Assembly: GCA_963664745.2 (NCBI GenBank)
Contig: CAXXMC010000001.1
Location: 264 to 64,263 of the forward strand
DNA: 64,000 nt
DNA from: Phycisphaerae bacterium
GTDB taxonomy: Bacteria > Planctomycetota > Phycisphaerae > SM23-33
Direction of reading: 5' to 3'
In this document: positions 8,974 to 17,804 of the stretch, piece by piece
How positions within the stretch are numbered: the first letter of the stretch is position 1
How the letters are laid out: the number at the start of each line of letters is the position of its first letter
Notes under the pieces: model-generated
The model's database searches: none
Told to the model about the DNA's origin: nothing
What the model saw: the letters and a program-made list of their open reading frames with translations, nothing else
Position numbers and translations under genes: made by a program

Positions 8974-10167
8974 TTATTTAACTTCACTTATTTTTACGGA
9001 TCGTTTTTCATTTGCTGCTATCATTACAGCTTCCAGGACGCGTTGGGTGATGTATGCGTCTTCAAAATCCGGCATGGGAACAGTAGGCTTTTGGCCGCCG
9101 AGAACACGCAGAATATCATAGGCCATGTTCGTAAAAGTATGTTCATAGCCGATCGCATGAGCGTCAGGCCACCATGCGTCAGCATACGGATGCGAGCCGG
9201 CGTGTGTACAGTTTATGGTAGTCCAGCCGCGCAGGCCCTCCTCGGCTGTGGCGTCATAAAACTCAAGCTCGCCCATGCGTTCGAAGTTGAACATGATCGA
9301 GCCTTTCGTACCGTTGATCTCAAATCCATTGCGGTTGTTGTTACCCGTTGCCTGACGAGCAGCTTCGAAGGTAGCAACGGCTCCGCCGGAGAATCTCGCA
9401 AGAAAGAGGACAGTATCATCGACCGTGACTTTACCTTTTGTCTTTGATTTTTGCAGGCCTTCCGCAATACCGCCAGCCACATTGCCGACCATCTTGTTCC
9501 GCTGCTTGATGAAAGTCTCTGCGATTGCCCCTGAAATTTCAGTAATTTCCTGGCCCGTCACAAAACGCGTCATATCAATAATGTGAGCGTTCAGATCGCC
9601 GTGGGCGCCGCTGCCGGCCAGTTTTTTATCGAAGCGCCAGGCAAGCGGAACCGATTCATCCGCCCAGCTTTGCAGGTAAAATCCGCGAACATGACGAATC
9701 TCGCCGATCTTCCCAGCCTTCACCAGGTTATGGGCAAATGCAATCGCAGGACAACGACGGTAGCTATACCAAACGAAAGTTTTCGCATTCTTCGCTTTTC
9801 GGGCAGCTGTTGCCATCGCTCGTGCATCTTCCAGAGTGCCAGCCAACGGTTTTTCACACGCAACGTTTTTGCCTGCTTTCAAGGCCTCGATCGCCATCGG
9901 CGCGTGCAGATAGTTCGGCACACCAAGGTCGACAAGGTCAACTTCGCCGTCAGCGCAAACTTTTGAAAAATCCTTTTCAAACTTCTGCCAGCCCCATGCG
10001 CTGAGATATTCTTCCGCGCCGTCTACGACCTTGTCGCAGGCTGTATGCAGAACAGCCTTGGCTGGGGCGTTGAAGAACCGGTTGACCTGGCCCCACGCGT
10101 TTGAATGCGTCCTGCCCATAAATCCTCGCCCGACAAGGGCTACATTTATCGCTTTTTTCGCAGCCAT
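8974..10167 (-). CDS. Gfo/Idh/MocA-family NAD(P)-dependent oxidoreductase
   Basis: The N-terminal Rossmann motif is INVALVGRGFMGRTHSNAW, followed by ..NVACEKPLA.. The ORF track starts at a TTG at 10182. The ATG at 10167 lies just after the stop of the upstream gene and is the more likely start. Confidence 0.85.
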   Translation of the reverse strand: MAAKKAINVALVGRGFMGRTHSNAWGQVNRFFNAPAKAVLHTACDKVVDGAEEYLSAWGWQKFEKDFSKVCADGEVDLVDLGVPNYLHAPMAIEALKAGKNVACEKPLAGTLEDARAMATAARKAKNAKTFVWYSYRRCPAIAFAHNLVKAGKIGEIRHVRGFYLQSWADESVPLAWRFDKKLAGSGAHGDLNAHIIDMTRFVTGQEITEISGAIAETFIKQRNKMVGNVAGGIAEGLQKSKTKGKVTVDDTVLFLARFSGGAVATFEAARQATGNNNRNGFEINGTKGSIMFNFERMGELEFYDATAEEGLRGWTTINCTHAGSHPYADAWWPDAHAIGYEHTFTNMAYDILRVLGGQKPTVPMPDFEDAYITQRVLEAVMIAANEKRSVKISEVK

Positions 10168-10171
10168 AGTT

Positions 10172-11206
10172 TTATTTCCCAAGAAGGTGGTTCATTATCA
10201 GCAAGTCAAGTTCCTCATAGTCGCGCTCAGCTATAAGTTTTTCGACCTGCGTATTGTCGAGGCTTCTTACAAGTTCCAGAAGACGCAAAAATATTGTTCT
10301 GCTGTTGGAAAGATGTTTGGTCGAGACGTCCAGTTTCTGGGTTCGCATGACTTTTACATCCAGGCCGACCCACTCGCCGTTTTGGCCGTAGTCGTACTTG
10401 TCGAGAATGCGAACCTGGTTGAACGCACGACGAAGATCGACCGAGCCGAACGATTTGTCTTGATCGAACTTCATGCCGTTCTGATCATTCAGGTGAACAG
10501 ACCAGAGCTTGTTGTGGGCCAGCGCGTAACCCATTTCGTCAGACGGATCAAGACCGGCCAGGAGTGCGTGGGCACTTTCAATCAGGCCGCCGACCCGGCT
10601 GGCGTCGACACTCAAAAGTCCAAGTCCAATAGCATGGCCGATCGTGGGAATATACGTGTGATCCATGGGTTCGTTGGGCTTGGCTTCGATAGCGACTCGG
10701 ATTTTCGGATTATGATTGAGCATCGTGTCGATGGCTTCTACGATCTGATCCACAGCCTTTTTCGAATCCTTCGATTCGCGAATGTACGTGCCCTCGCGAG
10801 CCAGCCAAAGCACCATCAAATCACAACCCAGCGCATCTGCGATATCCACCGCCTGCCTGCTGCGGTCGAGTGCATATTGACGACAGGCTGGATCATTGGA
10901 AGTGTAACCGCCGTCGATTGTGCGAGGGTCTTCCCATAAACGCGGAGCTACAAACTCTGCTGTGAGCTCATTATCGTCGAGAACCTTCTTTAACTCCCTG
11001 GCCTTGTCAATAACCTGCCCCGGCGACAGACCGTTCAGGTTAGGGACGGCATCGTCGTCATGAAACTGCACGCCATCAAACCCGAGCTTTTTATACATCG
11101 CGATCTTTTTGCCGAACTCAATTGTATCGCGAACCACCGGCCCGAACGGATCGGCACCCTCGTGAATATTCCACGGCCCAAACGAAAATCTATACTCACC
11201 TGCCAT
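10172..11206 (-). CDS. Xylose-isomerase-family (class-I XylA-like) TIM-barrel sugar isomerase
   Basis: It resembles actinobacterial class-I xylose isomerase by eye: ..YRFSFGPWNIHEGADPFG.., ..GVQFHDDDAVP.., ..YTSNDPACRQYAL.. and ..LWLAREGTY.. At 344 aa it is shorter than canonical XylA, so I do not assign a gene symbol. Confidence 0.7.
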   Translation of the reverse strand: MAGEYRFSFGPWNIHEGADPFGPVVRDTIEFGKKIAMYKKLGFDGVQFHDDDAVPNLNGLSPGQVIDKARELKKVLDDNELTAEFVAPRLWEDPRTIDGGYTSNDPACRQYALDRSRQAVDIADALGCDLMVLWLAREGTYIRESKDSKKAVDQIVEAIDTMLNHNPKIRVAIEAKPNEPMDHTYIPTIGHAIGLGLLSVDASRVGGLIESAHALLAGLDPSDEMGYALAHNKLWSVHLNDQNGMKFDQDKSFGSVDLRRAFNQVRILDKYDYGQNGEWVGLDVKVMRTQKLDVSTKHLSNSRTIFLRLLELVRSLDNTQVEKLIAERDYEELDLLIMNHLLGK

Positions 11207-11407
11207 AATTAATTACTCCCATATCATCAGTTTCAGGATTTCTTTAAATTAACTATCAATTATTTTATTTCTATCAGCTGAATATGCGAATGGACAAAAC
11301 TGCGATTTGTTTGTATAATACTGCAAATATTTTTTTGTATTTATTGTCGATTAAAAGAGCTGTCAGCGTTTAGATATGGATATTTTTATATTTTCCTGTT
11401 CTTAAAT

Positions 11408-12256
11408 ATGTCAAAAAAAACTAGAATCTTTGGCCATGTTTTCGACAGCGTTCCTGACGTTACGCCAGCTGTCTTTTCGACTATCGAGTCAATCAGGCCA
11501 TCCTTTAAAAAAGTTAATAAAGCACAATATCCCAACTGGGTCCTGGATTATAACTTTACGAAGTCGGATTTATATCGTGTGAAAAACCCAACAGGCCCCT
11601 GGAAACTCCGCGAACAGAACATCGCTCATTTGTATGCTCCGGGCACACTTTACTGGGAAAAAGATTCCGGCAAGAAAGTTAACGTTCATTGTGCATGGAT
11701 TATTTTTGACGGCGGGGAACAACTTGGGTTAGACCATATTACCGGTCAAAAAGGATTAGCCAGGTTTATTGATAATGAAAATATTCTCGGACAGCTGCTA
11801 TTGCAAAGTGCTTCACTAGGACAGGAAAAAGGCGAAGCTGCTTTCTGGGCTGTGCAATCAGTCTTTTATCAAATTCTCGAGATACTAAAAACCGGTCAAT
11901 TTAAAAGCGATCAGGAATATGTCATATCAACTTCGGAAAGAGAACCGGATTTTGTTCTGCAGGTTCAAAACTATCTTAAAAACAATTTGCCGCAAAAAGT
12001 TACCGTAAAGGAAATTGCTGCCCATTTCCAGATGAGCGAATCTTCCCTGGCCCACACATATAAAAATCTGACAGGCCAATCACCAATCGCCACTCTTATC
12101 GCCATGCGAATCAACCTTGTGAAAAATCTTCTTCAACGAGGCTACCGCCTGAAAACCATCGCCGCCCAGGCTGGCTTTAACGACGAATTCCACCTGTCAA
12201 AAGCCTTCAAAAACCACACGGGCGTATCTCCAAAACAATTTACAACCCTCCCATAA
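11408..12256 (+). CDS. AraC-family transcriptional regulator
   Basis: The C-terminal double HTH reads ..VKEIAAHFQMSESSLAHTYKNLTGQSPIATLIAMRINLVKNLL...IAAQAGFNDEFHLSKAFKNHTGVSPKQF. It is divergent from the 11206-to-5702 sugar operon. Confidence 0.9.
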   Translation: MSKKTRIFGHVFDSVPDVTPAVFSTIESIRPSFKKVNKAQYPNWVLDYNFTKSDLYRVKNPTGPWKLREQNIAHLYAPGTLYWEKDSGKKVNVHCAWIIFDGGEQLGLDHITGQKGLARFIDNENILGQLLLQSASLGQEKGEAAFWAVQSVFYQILEILKTGQFKSDQEYVISTSEREPDFVLQVQNYLKNNLPQKVTVKEIAAHFQMSESSLAHTYKNLTGQSPIATLIAMRINLVKNLLQRGYRLKTIAAQAGFNDEFHLSKAFKNHTGVSPKQFTTLP

Positions 12257-12317
12257 GCTATTTTGCGATATTCGTATATTATCACGTAACACCCAAATTA
12301 CCAGAATAAGATGATAG

Positions 12318-14534
12318 CTAAGTTAAAAAAACTATTTGCCATTTTTTTGTACTTGCCGGCAAATGATATCTATAAATTTCCGGTGCTATAAAATCAAGGT
12401 TGCATTTGTATTTTGCGGGCACATGTAGAATAATATCACCATCCCGGTGGTTTCTACAAACCTCACCGGACAGTTCATTGTCATCCCAGGAGACACTACA
12501 TAAATCTGTTCCACCTTGAGTATAATGCAATGATGTCCCAAGAATCCAAGGGTGCGAACGTTCCCTAACCACAGCTACTATCCGGCAGGACTCGGGGGGA
12601 AGCTCAAAACAAATTTCGGAATCAGTCGTACCAAGATATCGCTGCTCCCAGAATTCCCACAAATGATATTTTTGACCTGGCTCAAGTCCCAACTGCTCAA
12701 GCTGCACCGATAAAAACTTCTCTTCGTTTAGATTCATCAGGGCAACAATATCGCGTTTGTCCCAACAATCTACCTGCAAATGCCAGATGGATGGACATCT
12801 CTCTGGGTAAACCCTTTGGAAAAGGTCAACGGGCCTGGCGCTTTCACCATAAGGAGGAGTAACTCGCCTTATTATATCCAAGCGATCCGGTTCTGCCAAA
12901 TCAAATCTATCACCAAGGAAAACCTGGCTGCCAGACATGGCGACCAAAGTTGCTCGCAAACGACACTCTTCTATTCCCGCAGGCGGAGCCAAGTTAATCG
13001 AATCAGCATTCAGTAACAAGAGATTCCTATGCAGATAATAGCGGGAAATTATTGTCGTCGCCTGACGTTTGAAGTAATCAAAGTTTTCAATTCTACCTTC
13101 GATTTCAATATCTGCAAAACCGGTATTGCCGATATCACAGGCAGTCATACTGGTATCTCCAAGGCCAATACTAAAATTCAACAAGTTTGAACACCAGTAC
13201 ACATAGTCATTATCATCAAGTTCTTCAATAATGATCTGTTGCATACGACGATAAAACTCCACACCTCTGATAACCTTTTTGTCATGAATCACAAAATTAT
13301 CATCTACGCGCCCGGCTCGGCTTAGGAAATCGAGTTTATAATAATTTATTCCAATCTTCTTGAAATGGCGGCATATTCTCCGTAGGAAATTTTCCCCTTC
13401 CGGGTGAGTAATATCCAGTTCCAACCATTCTGAATAAGGCTCCCAAGGCCATTTGTTCGAATCGGCGGGGTGAGGTTTCAACAACGCTTTTGGACACTCT
13501 TTAGCAAAAATAGAGTCACTAGCTACAAAAAATGGACAAATCCACACTCCAAGACTGAATCCTTTTTCTTCAAGCTGATCTTTCAACCATTTCAAGCCAT
13601 GCGGAAAATTTTCATTTGACTCAAACCAATCACCCGGTAGATTCCCCTTGTTGTAACCTAGGTCCAGTTGGAGATATTTGAAATCAATTCCTTCGAATTC
13701 TTTTTTGATCAGATCGGCGACACGCAAAGTTTCCTCTTCATTTTGTTCAAGACGATAACCATACCAGGACAGCCAACCTATCGGGGGCTGTTTTTTCACT
13801 TTTATACCATGACGTTTTGCACAGGTCTTGGCCCAGTCTTCAATGGCTTCATGGGGCTGTGAGAAGGCTCCGATCAAAACCTCCTCGGTTTCGATGTTTT
13901 TACCAGGCGCAAGTTCATATCCGGCAAAATTGTTAGACAACGCAAGTCGGCGAATTTCACCGCTGGCTGGATCTGTCAAGATAAACGGAACACTTGTACA
14001 ACGTTGCAGCGGAGTAGTAAATGAGAAAACCCACGTCGGCCTAGACATGGAACGATAATGCGCAGTCATTCCAGAGAGACTATAATGGGCTCCAGATTCG
14101 AGATTACCTTGGATTTCCTTTGCCCAGTCGATATCTTCTGTAGCTAAATAATAATCCTTCCACTTTTCCAGGTAAGGCGGACAGGTAGAATTTACCCGCA
14201 CACACCCGGAAAACCACGCGCCACCGGAATCAACTACAACCACATCATCGGGAGAAGTACCATCAAACCCCGCACCTTCCAACATATGAAATGCGCCAAG
14301 CTCCAATGGCTGTGAGCCAGAGTTCTTTAGCACCGCTCGTAATGTGAACCATTGACTTATTTGCTGAGCATGCCATTGAATTTCCAATCCATTACTTAGA
14401 TTAACCGGGGTGCCTATATCTAATGGAATATCATGCCATTGTTTGTCAACAAAAACCCGTGAACCCAACTCCATGCGGTCAGCACCGCATAAAAGTGTTA
14501 TTTTTCCATTTATAAACCTTGATTCTAGAACCAT
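12318..14534 (-). CDS. GH36/GH27-clan (alpha-galactosidase-like) glycoside hydrolase
   Basis: This is a 738-aa ORF. It has melibiase-type TIM-barrel motifs: ..GWLSWYGY.., ..FKYLQLDLGYNKGNLPGDW.. and the candidate nucleophile region ..GINYYKLDFL.. Confidence 0.65.
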   Translation of the reverse strand: MVLESRFINGKITLLCGADRMELGSRVFVDKQWHDIPLDIGTPVNLSNGLEIQWHAQQISQWFTLRAVLKNSGSQPLELGAFHMLEGAGFDGTSPDDVVVVDSGGAWFSGCVRVNSTCPPYLEKWKDYYLATEDIDWAKEIQGNLESGAHYSLSGMTAHYRSMSRPTWVFSFTTPLQRCTSVPFILTDPASGEIRRLALSNNFAGYELAPGKNIETEEVLIGAFSQPHEAIEDWAKTCAKRHGIKVKKQPPIGWLSWYGYRLEQNEEETLRVADLIKKEFEGIDFKYLQLDLGYNKGNLPGDWFESNENFPHGLKWLKDQLEEKGFSLGVWICPFFVASDSIFAKECPKALLKPHPADSNKWPWEPYSEWLELDITHPEGENFLRRICRHFKKIGINYYKLDFLSRAGRVDDNFVIHDKKVIRGVEFYRRMQQIIIEELDDNDYVYWCSNLLNFSIGLGDTSMTACDIGNTGFADIEIEGRIENFDYFKRQATTIISRYYLHRNLLLLNADSINLAPPAGIEECRLRATLVAMSGSQVFLGDRFDLAEPDRLDIIRRVTPPYGESARPVDLFQRVYPERCPSIWHLQVDCWDKRDIVALMNLNEEKFLSVQLEQLGLEPGQKYHLWEFWEQRYLGTTDSEICFELPPESCRIVAVVRERSHPWILGTSLHYTQGGTDLCSVSWDDNELSGEVCRNHRDGDIILHVPAKYKCNLDFIAPEIYRYHLPASTKKWQIVFLT

Positions 14535-14593
14535 TTTTGAAAATTTCCTCTTCTTTCACACATTATTTTAAAGAATACATAGATTCGAACGTT

Positions 14594-16090
14594 TTAGTGT
14601 GTGTGAAAAGCTGAAATAATTTCTTCGATTTTTCCTACCCGCTCATTATCTATCGGCTTTGAGTTTGATTCAGCATATTCATGAACTTTTTCTTTAGCCA
14701 GATCATAAGTATTTTTACTTCCTCCAGCATCCCAGGATGCCTTAGGTCCACGAACCGCCAATGGCACTTTCACATACTCATCAGAATATAGCCAGTTCAT
14801 CGTGTGATCTGTATCAAGATAGGTTTTGCCTTGCGGGCCGATTTCCTTTATCAAGTCGGCAGCAATGGTTTCTTTGCTAACATTGATGCCTGCCGCTATT
14901 CTTTTACCCATAGCTGAAATTTCCGCGTCCATCAACAACTGCTCGTGGCTGCAGGTTAGTCCAGTAGCGAACATACCGCAGTTGACTATCAGATCATGAC
15001 CTGCCCCAAGAGCGCAAAATTGGCTATATGTTTTTTCCCAGGCATTTTGCTCATCGTGAGCGTGATTGTCGGAATTCGGTGCAGTAGTATGCGAAGGTGC
15101 TTTGTAAAAACGTGCTAACTGCGCGGCAGCAATTCGACAAAGTGTTGTTTCCGCAGAACCAACCAAAGCTGAACCGGTGTTCATATCACTCGTTGTCCAT
15201 GAATTCCCATACATAACCTTTGCACCTGGCCTTAGCATCTGGATCATTGCAAAAGCTGAAAGAGTTTCAACGTTATTCATAGTCAACAATCCTGCAAGAG
15301 TATAAGGCGCTGTAATCCCGGCAATAGGTTCTGGCAAAATTGATATTGGGACACCAGTATCAACAGTATCCATAAAAGCATCAAGAACACCGCTTTCCCA
15401 GTACAACGGGCTTGTAGATGAAAGCTGGGTAATACCGTAAACTTTTTCTTTAAGGTCTCCAGAGAAAGCAGTTTTGAGTATCTCAATACAAGAATTATTA
15501 ACCTTACAGCTATCTGTGGAGAAATAAATCGGCTTTACACTGTTTTCTACGCAAGCTCTAACACCATAAAGCAAAGTTGCTTGAGGATCTGGGACATCCT
15601 GCGGCATAACCGGAATGCCTATCATATCAATCACATCGAGTTCTTCGCAGATACGGGCAAATTTTTCAACATCTGTAACTCTTGCATTGCGAGTTTTGCC
15701 TGTGTCAGAGTCAAACCAGAATACAGCGTTATGGCCGGCTGCGACCTTTGGTACACCGTTACCTAGCGTGAACACGAATTGGCCATCCCGGTTAAATACA
15801 TCGAATTTCTCAGGAATGGTACTTAGAGCATCTTCGATGCATTTTCTGGAAAAACGCGCTATTTGCGTTTCTTCATTAATATCAATTCCCTTTTCTTTCA
15901 AAAATTGCAACATTTTAGTACCAAGAATCTTCACCCCGCAAGTTTCAAGAATATCAATACTTGCTTCATGTATATCCTTGATTTCATTTTCTGATAAAAC
16001 TTTGAATGTTGGTAGTTGCACAATTAATCTCCATTTCGATTTAAGGTTATATGTAAGGGGAATTCCCATGCTTATTTGTTTCAACGGCAT
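14594..16090 (-). CDS. MttB-superfamily (trimethylamine-methyltransferase-like) protein, non-pyrrolysine type
   Basis: The MttB-family layout is readable throughout (..FKVLSENEIKDIHEASIDILETCGVKI.., ..SSTSPLYWE.., ..PIAGITAPYTLAG.., ..NSDNHAHDEQNAWEK..). There is no in-frame TAG. The ORF-track start at 16192 runs through a decayed gene remnant, so the Met at 16090 (or 16069) is the more likely start. Confidence 0.8.
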   Translation of the reverse strand: MPLKQISMGIPLTYNLKSKWRLIVQLPTFKVLSENEIKDIHEASIDILETCGVKILGTKMLQFLKEKGIDINEETQIARFSRKCIEDALSTIPEKFDVFNRDGQFVFTLGNGVPKVAAGHNAVFWFDSDTGKTRNARVTDVEKFARICEELDVIDMIGIPVMPQDVPDPQATLLYGVRACVENSVKPIYFSTDSCKVNNSCIEILKTAFSGDLKEKVYGITQLSSTSPLYWESGVLDAFMDTVDTGVPISILPEPIAGITAPYTLAGLLTMNNVETLSAFAMIQMLRPGAKVMYGNSWTTSDMNTGSALVGSAETTLCRIAAAQLARFYKAPSHTTAPNSDNHAHDEQNAWEKTYSQFCALGAGHDLIVNCGMFATGLTCSHEQLLMDAEISAMGKRIAAGINVSKETIAADLIKEIGPQGKTYLDTDHTMNWLYSDEYVKVPLAVRGPKASWDAGGSKNTYDLAKEKVHEYAESNSKPIDNERVGKIEEIISAFHTH

Positions 16091-16337
16091 GAAATAACCC
16101 TGAAAGTTTTTCCTTATTTGTTTTGCAATTTCACAATTTTTTTCGGAAAACTCCGCCAGTCTTTCCGGCCACAAGCGGTGTCGATATCCCATAGCGTAAG
16201 ATATCCGCTCATTTTTGAATCACATCATCGGAAGTAATAATCTTGGTTTTTCTGCAGAATTGGTTGCAGAGAGAGTTTTTGCCTAAGACAATTCAAAACA
16301 GAACTTGTAAATCTCTTTATAATCTATCCAAGAATAA

Positions 16338-17752
16338 GTAAACTTTCGCACTTTTTTGGGTGAATTTTGATGAAGACTGTATATAAAAAAACCAACCTGT
16401 CGATGAATTTAATGTCTGCCAAAGACGCATCGAAAGGTTGGTATCAATATGGAGAACATATCGGCATGGACGCTGCTTGTTCAACAGTTTTTTCCCATCT
16501 TCACGGCTCCGGGCGCGGAAATTTTTGTCCGGCTGATCACAGGCTGGATTCTTCGCACCACTCGTCGCACTATCACGGGCATTATTCCGCTGGCAGACCC
16601 GCTGGGCCAACGCAGCCACGATTCCTATCACAGATTTTTTCCCGACGCGAGATGGTCGCTCGCACAGCTCTGGAAAATTCTGGCTCGTTTGCTGATCTCG
16701 ACATTTGCCGCGAAGGGCAATATCCCGCTGGCTATCGACGACACGCTGTTTCATCGCAGTGGCAGAAAAGTCGACGGTGCCGGGTTTTGGCGAGACGCCG
16801 TCCGCTCGACCAAAACCAAAATCGTTTACGCATGGGGGCTGAATCTTGTCGTGCTGACTTTGCAAGTTCAACCGCCCTGGGGCGGCGAGCCACTCGGTCT
16901 GCCCATCAACATGCGACTGCATCGCAAGAAGGAAAAATCGCTCATCGAACTGGCTGTCGAGATGCTCGAAGAAGTGGCCGCCTGGTTTGGAAGCAGGAAG
17001 ATTCGCCTTGTGGCAGATGGATTTTACGCATCGCTGGCCGGTTGGAGCATAACGAACACGACGATCATCTCGCGCATGCGTTGCGACGCTTCGCTTTACG
17101 ATTTGCCGCCGAAACGAAAACGCTCCGGCAGAGGCAGACCTCGAAAACGCGGTGCCGAGTTGCCCAAACTCAAGATAATCGCTTCGCACGTTCGCAAGTG
17201 GACGCCGATAACTTTTATCGCTCGCGGCAAGTCGGTCACAAGGCTGGTTTATTCTCGCGAGGTGCTTTGGTACAAAGTCAGCAAGATGCCGGTGCTGCTT
17301 GTGATCTCGCGGGATCCGAGCGGCAAAGAGCGGGACGATTATTTTTTTACGACCGATGTGGCCATGAAAGTCGCCGACGTGCTGGCTGCCTATGCCGACC
17401 GGTGGGCTATCGAAGATACGTTCAAAAATGCCAAACAGTATCTTGGTGCGGAGCAGTTGCAGACGTGGGCGAGACAAGGCCCCGAGCGAGCAGCTGCTCT
17501 TGGACTTTGGCTGTATTCGATGGTCTGGCTGTGGTTCTGCAAACAGCCATCTGCCAAACGAACGTTTCAAATTCCGCTGTGGTATGCCAGCAAAACCACC
17601 CCCAGCTTCGCCGACGCACTGAGAGCCTTGCGAAAAGTTCTGTGGCAACAACGAATTATTATGATGTTCGGAAATTGTGACGTACATGACAAAAAATACC
17701 AGTTCCTGCTGGAAGCATTAGCCCCAGCAGCCTAAAAAATGCGAAAGTTTAC
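16338..17752 (+). mobile_element. IS4/IS701-superfamily insertion sequence with 5-bp target duplication
   Basis: The terminal inverted repeats are gtaaactttcgcactttttt at 16338.. and aaaaaatgcgaaagtttac ending at 17752. They are flanked by the direct repeat AATAA at 16333..16337 and 17753..17757. The element holds a single transposase ORF. Confidence 0.85.
16449..17735 (+). CDS. DDE transposase (IS4/IS701-like)
   Basis: This is a 428-aa ORF. The DDE signature is readable as ..LAIDDTLF.., ..LVADGFY.. and ..RWAIEDTFKNAKQ.. It lies between the IRs. Confidence 0.85.
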   Translation: MENISAWTLLVQQFFPIFTAPGAEIFVRLITGWILRTTRRTITGIIPLADPLGQRSHDSYHRFFPDARWSLAQLWKILARLLISTFAAKGNIPLAIDDTLFHRSGRKVDGAGFWRDAVRSTKTKIVYAWGLNLVVLTLQVQPPWGGEPLGLPINMRLHRKKEKSLIELAVEMLEEVAAWFGSRKIRLVADGFYASLAGWSITNTTIISRMRCDASLYDLPPKRKRSGRGRPRKRGAELPKLKIIASHVRKWTPITFIARGKSVTRLVYSREVLWYKVSKMPVLLVISRDPSGKERDDYFFTTDVAMKVADVLAAYADRWAIEDTFKNAKQYLGAEQLQTWARQGPERAAALGLWLYSMVWLWFCKQPSAKRTFQIPLWYASKTTPSFADALRALRKVLWQQRIIMMFGNCDVHDKKYQFLLEALAPAA

Positions 17753-17804
17753 AATAAATGAGAATATAGAAAACATGAAAACTCAAAACCATATTTTCAG
17801 ACAA

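Noticed and set aside
8091-10939. Long antisense or alternative-frame ORFs inside well-supported genes:
- 8091..8771
- 8971..9447
- 9583..9966
- 10031..10939

The same kind of ORF occurs elsewhere:
- 25083..25724
- 41371..42060
- 45441..46064
- 47195..47896
- 51409..52062
- 54944..55516
- 55050..55688
- 60544..61389
- 61684..62418
   Set aside because: Each lies entirely within a gene that has strong family motifs on the other strand or frame. Their translations have biased composition and no motifs, so they are shadow ORFs.
14594-16192. The full 532-aa version of the MttB-like ORF starts at 16192.
   Set aside because: The first ~34 codons overlap a decayed gene remnant that is homologous to 5505..5559. 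The family-typical N-terminus begins after the internal Met codons at 16090 and 16069.
16317-17687. Two additional very long ORFs overlap the IS transposase: 16317..17687 on the minus strand (456 aa) and 16367..17680 on the plus strand (437 aa).
   Set aside because: Only the 16449..17735 frame shows a readable DDE transposase pattern (..AIDDTLF.., ..VADGFY.., ..RWAIEDTFK..). The other two frames are Arg/Ser/Ala/Gln-rich, low-complexity read-throughs with no recognisable motifs. Three simultaneously open frames are unusual, but I have no evidence that the extra ones are expressed.
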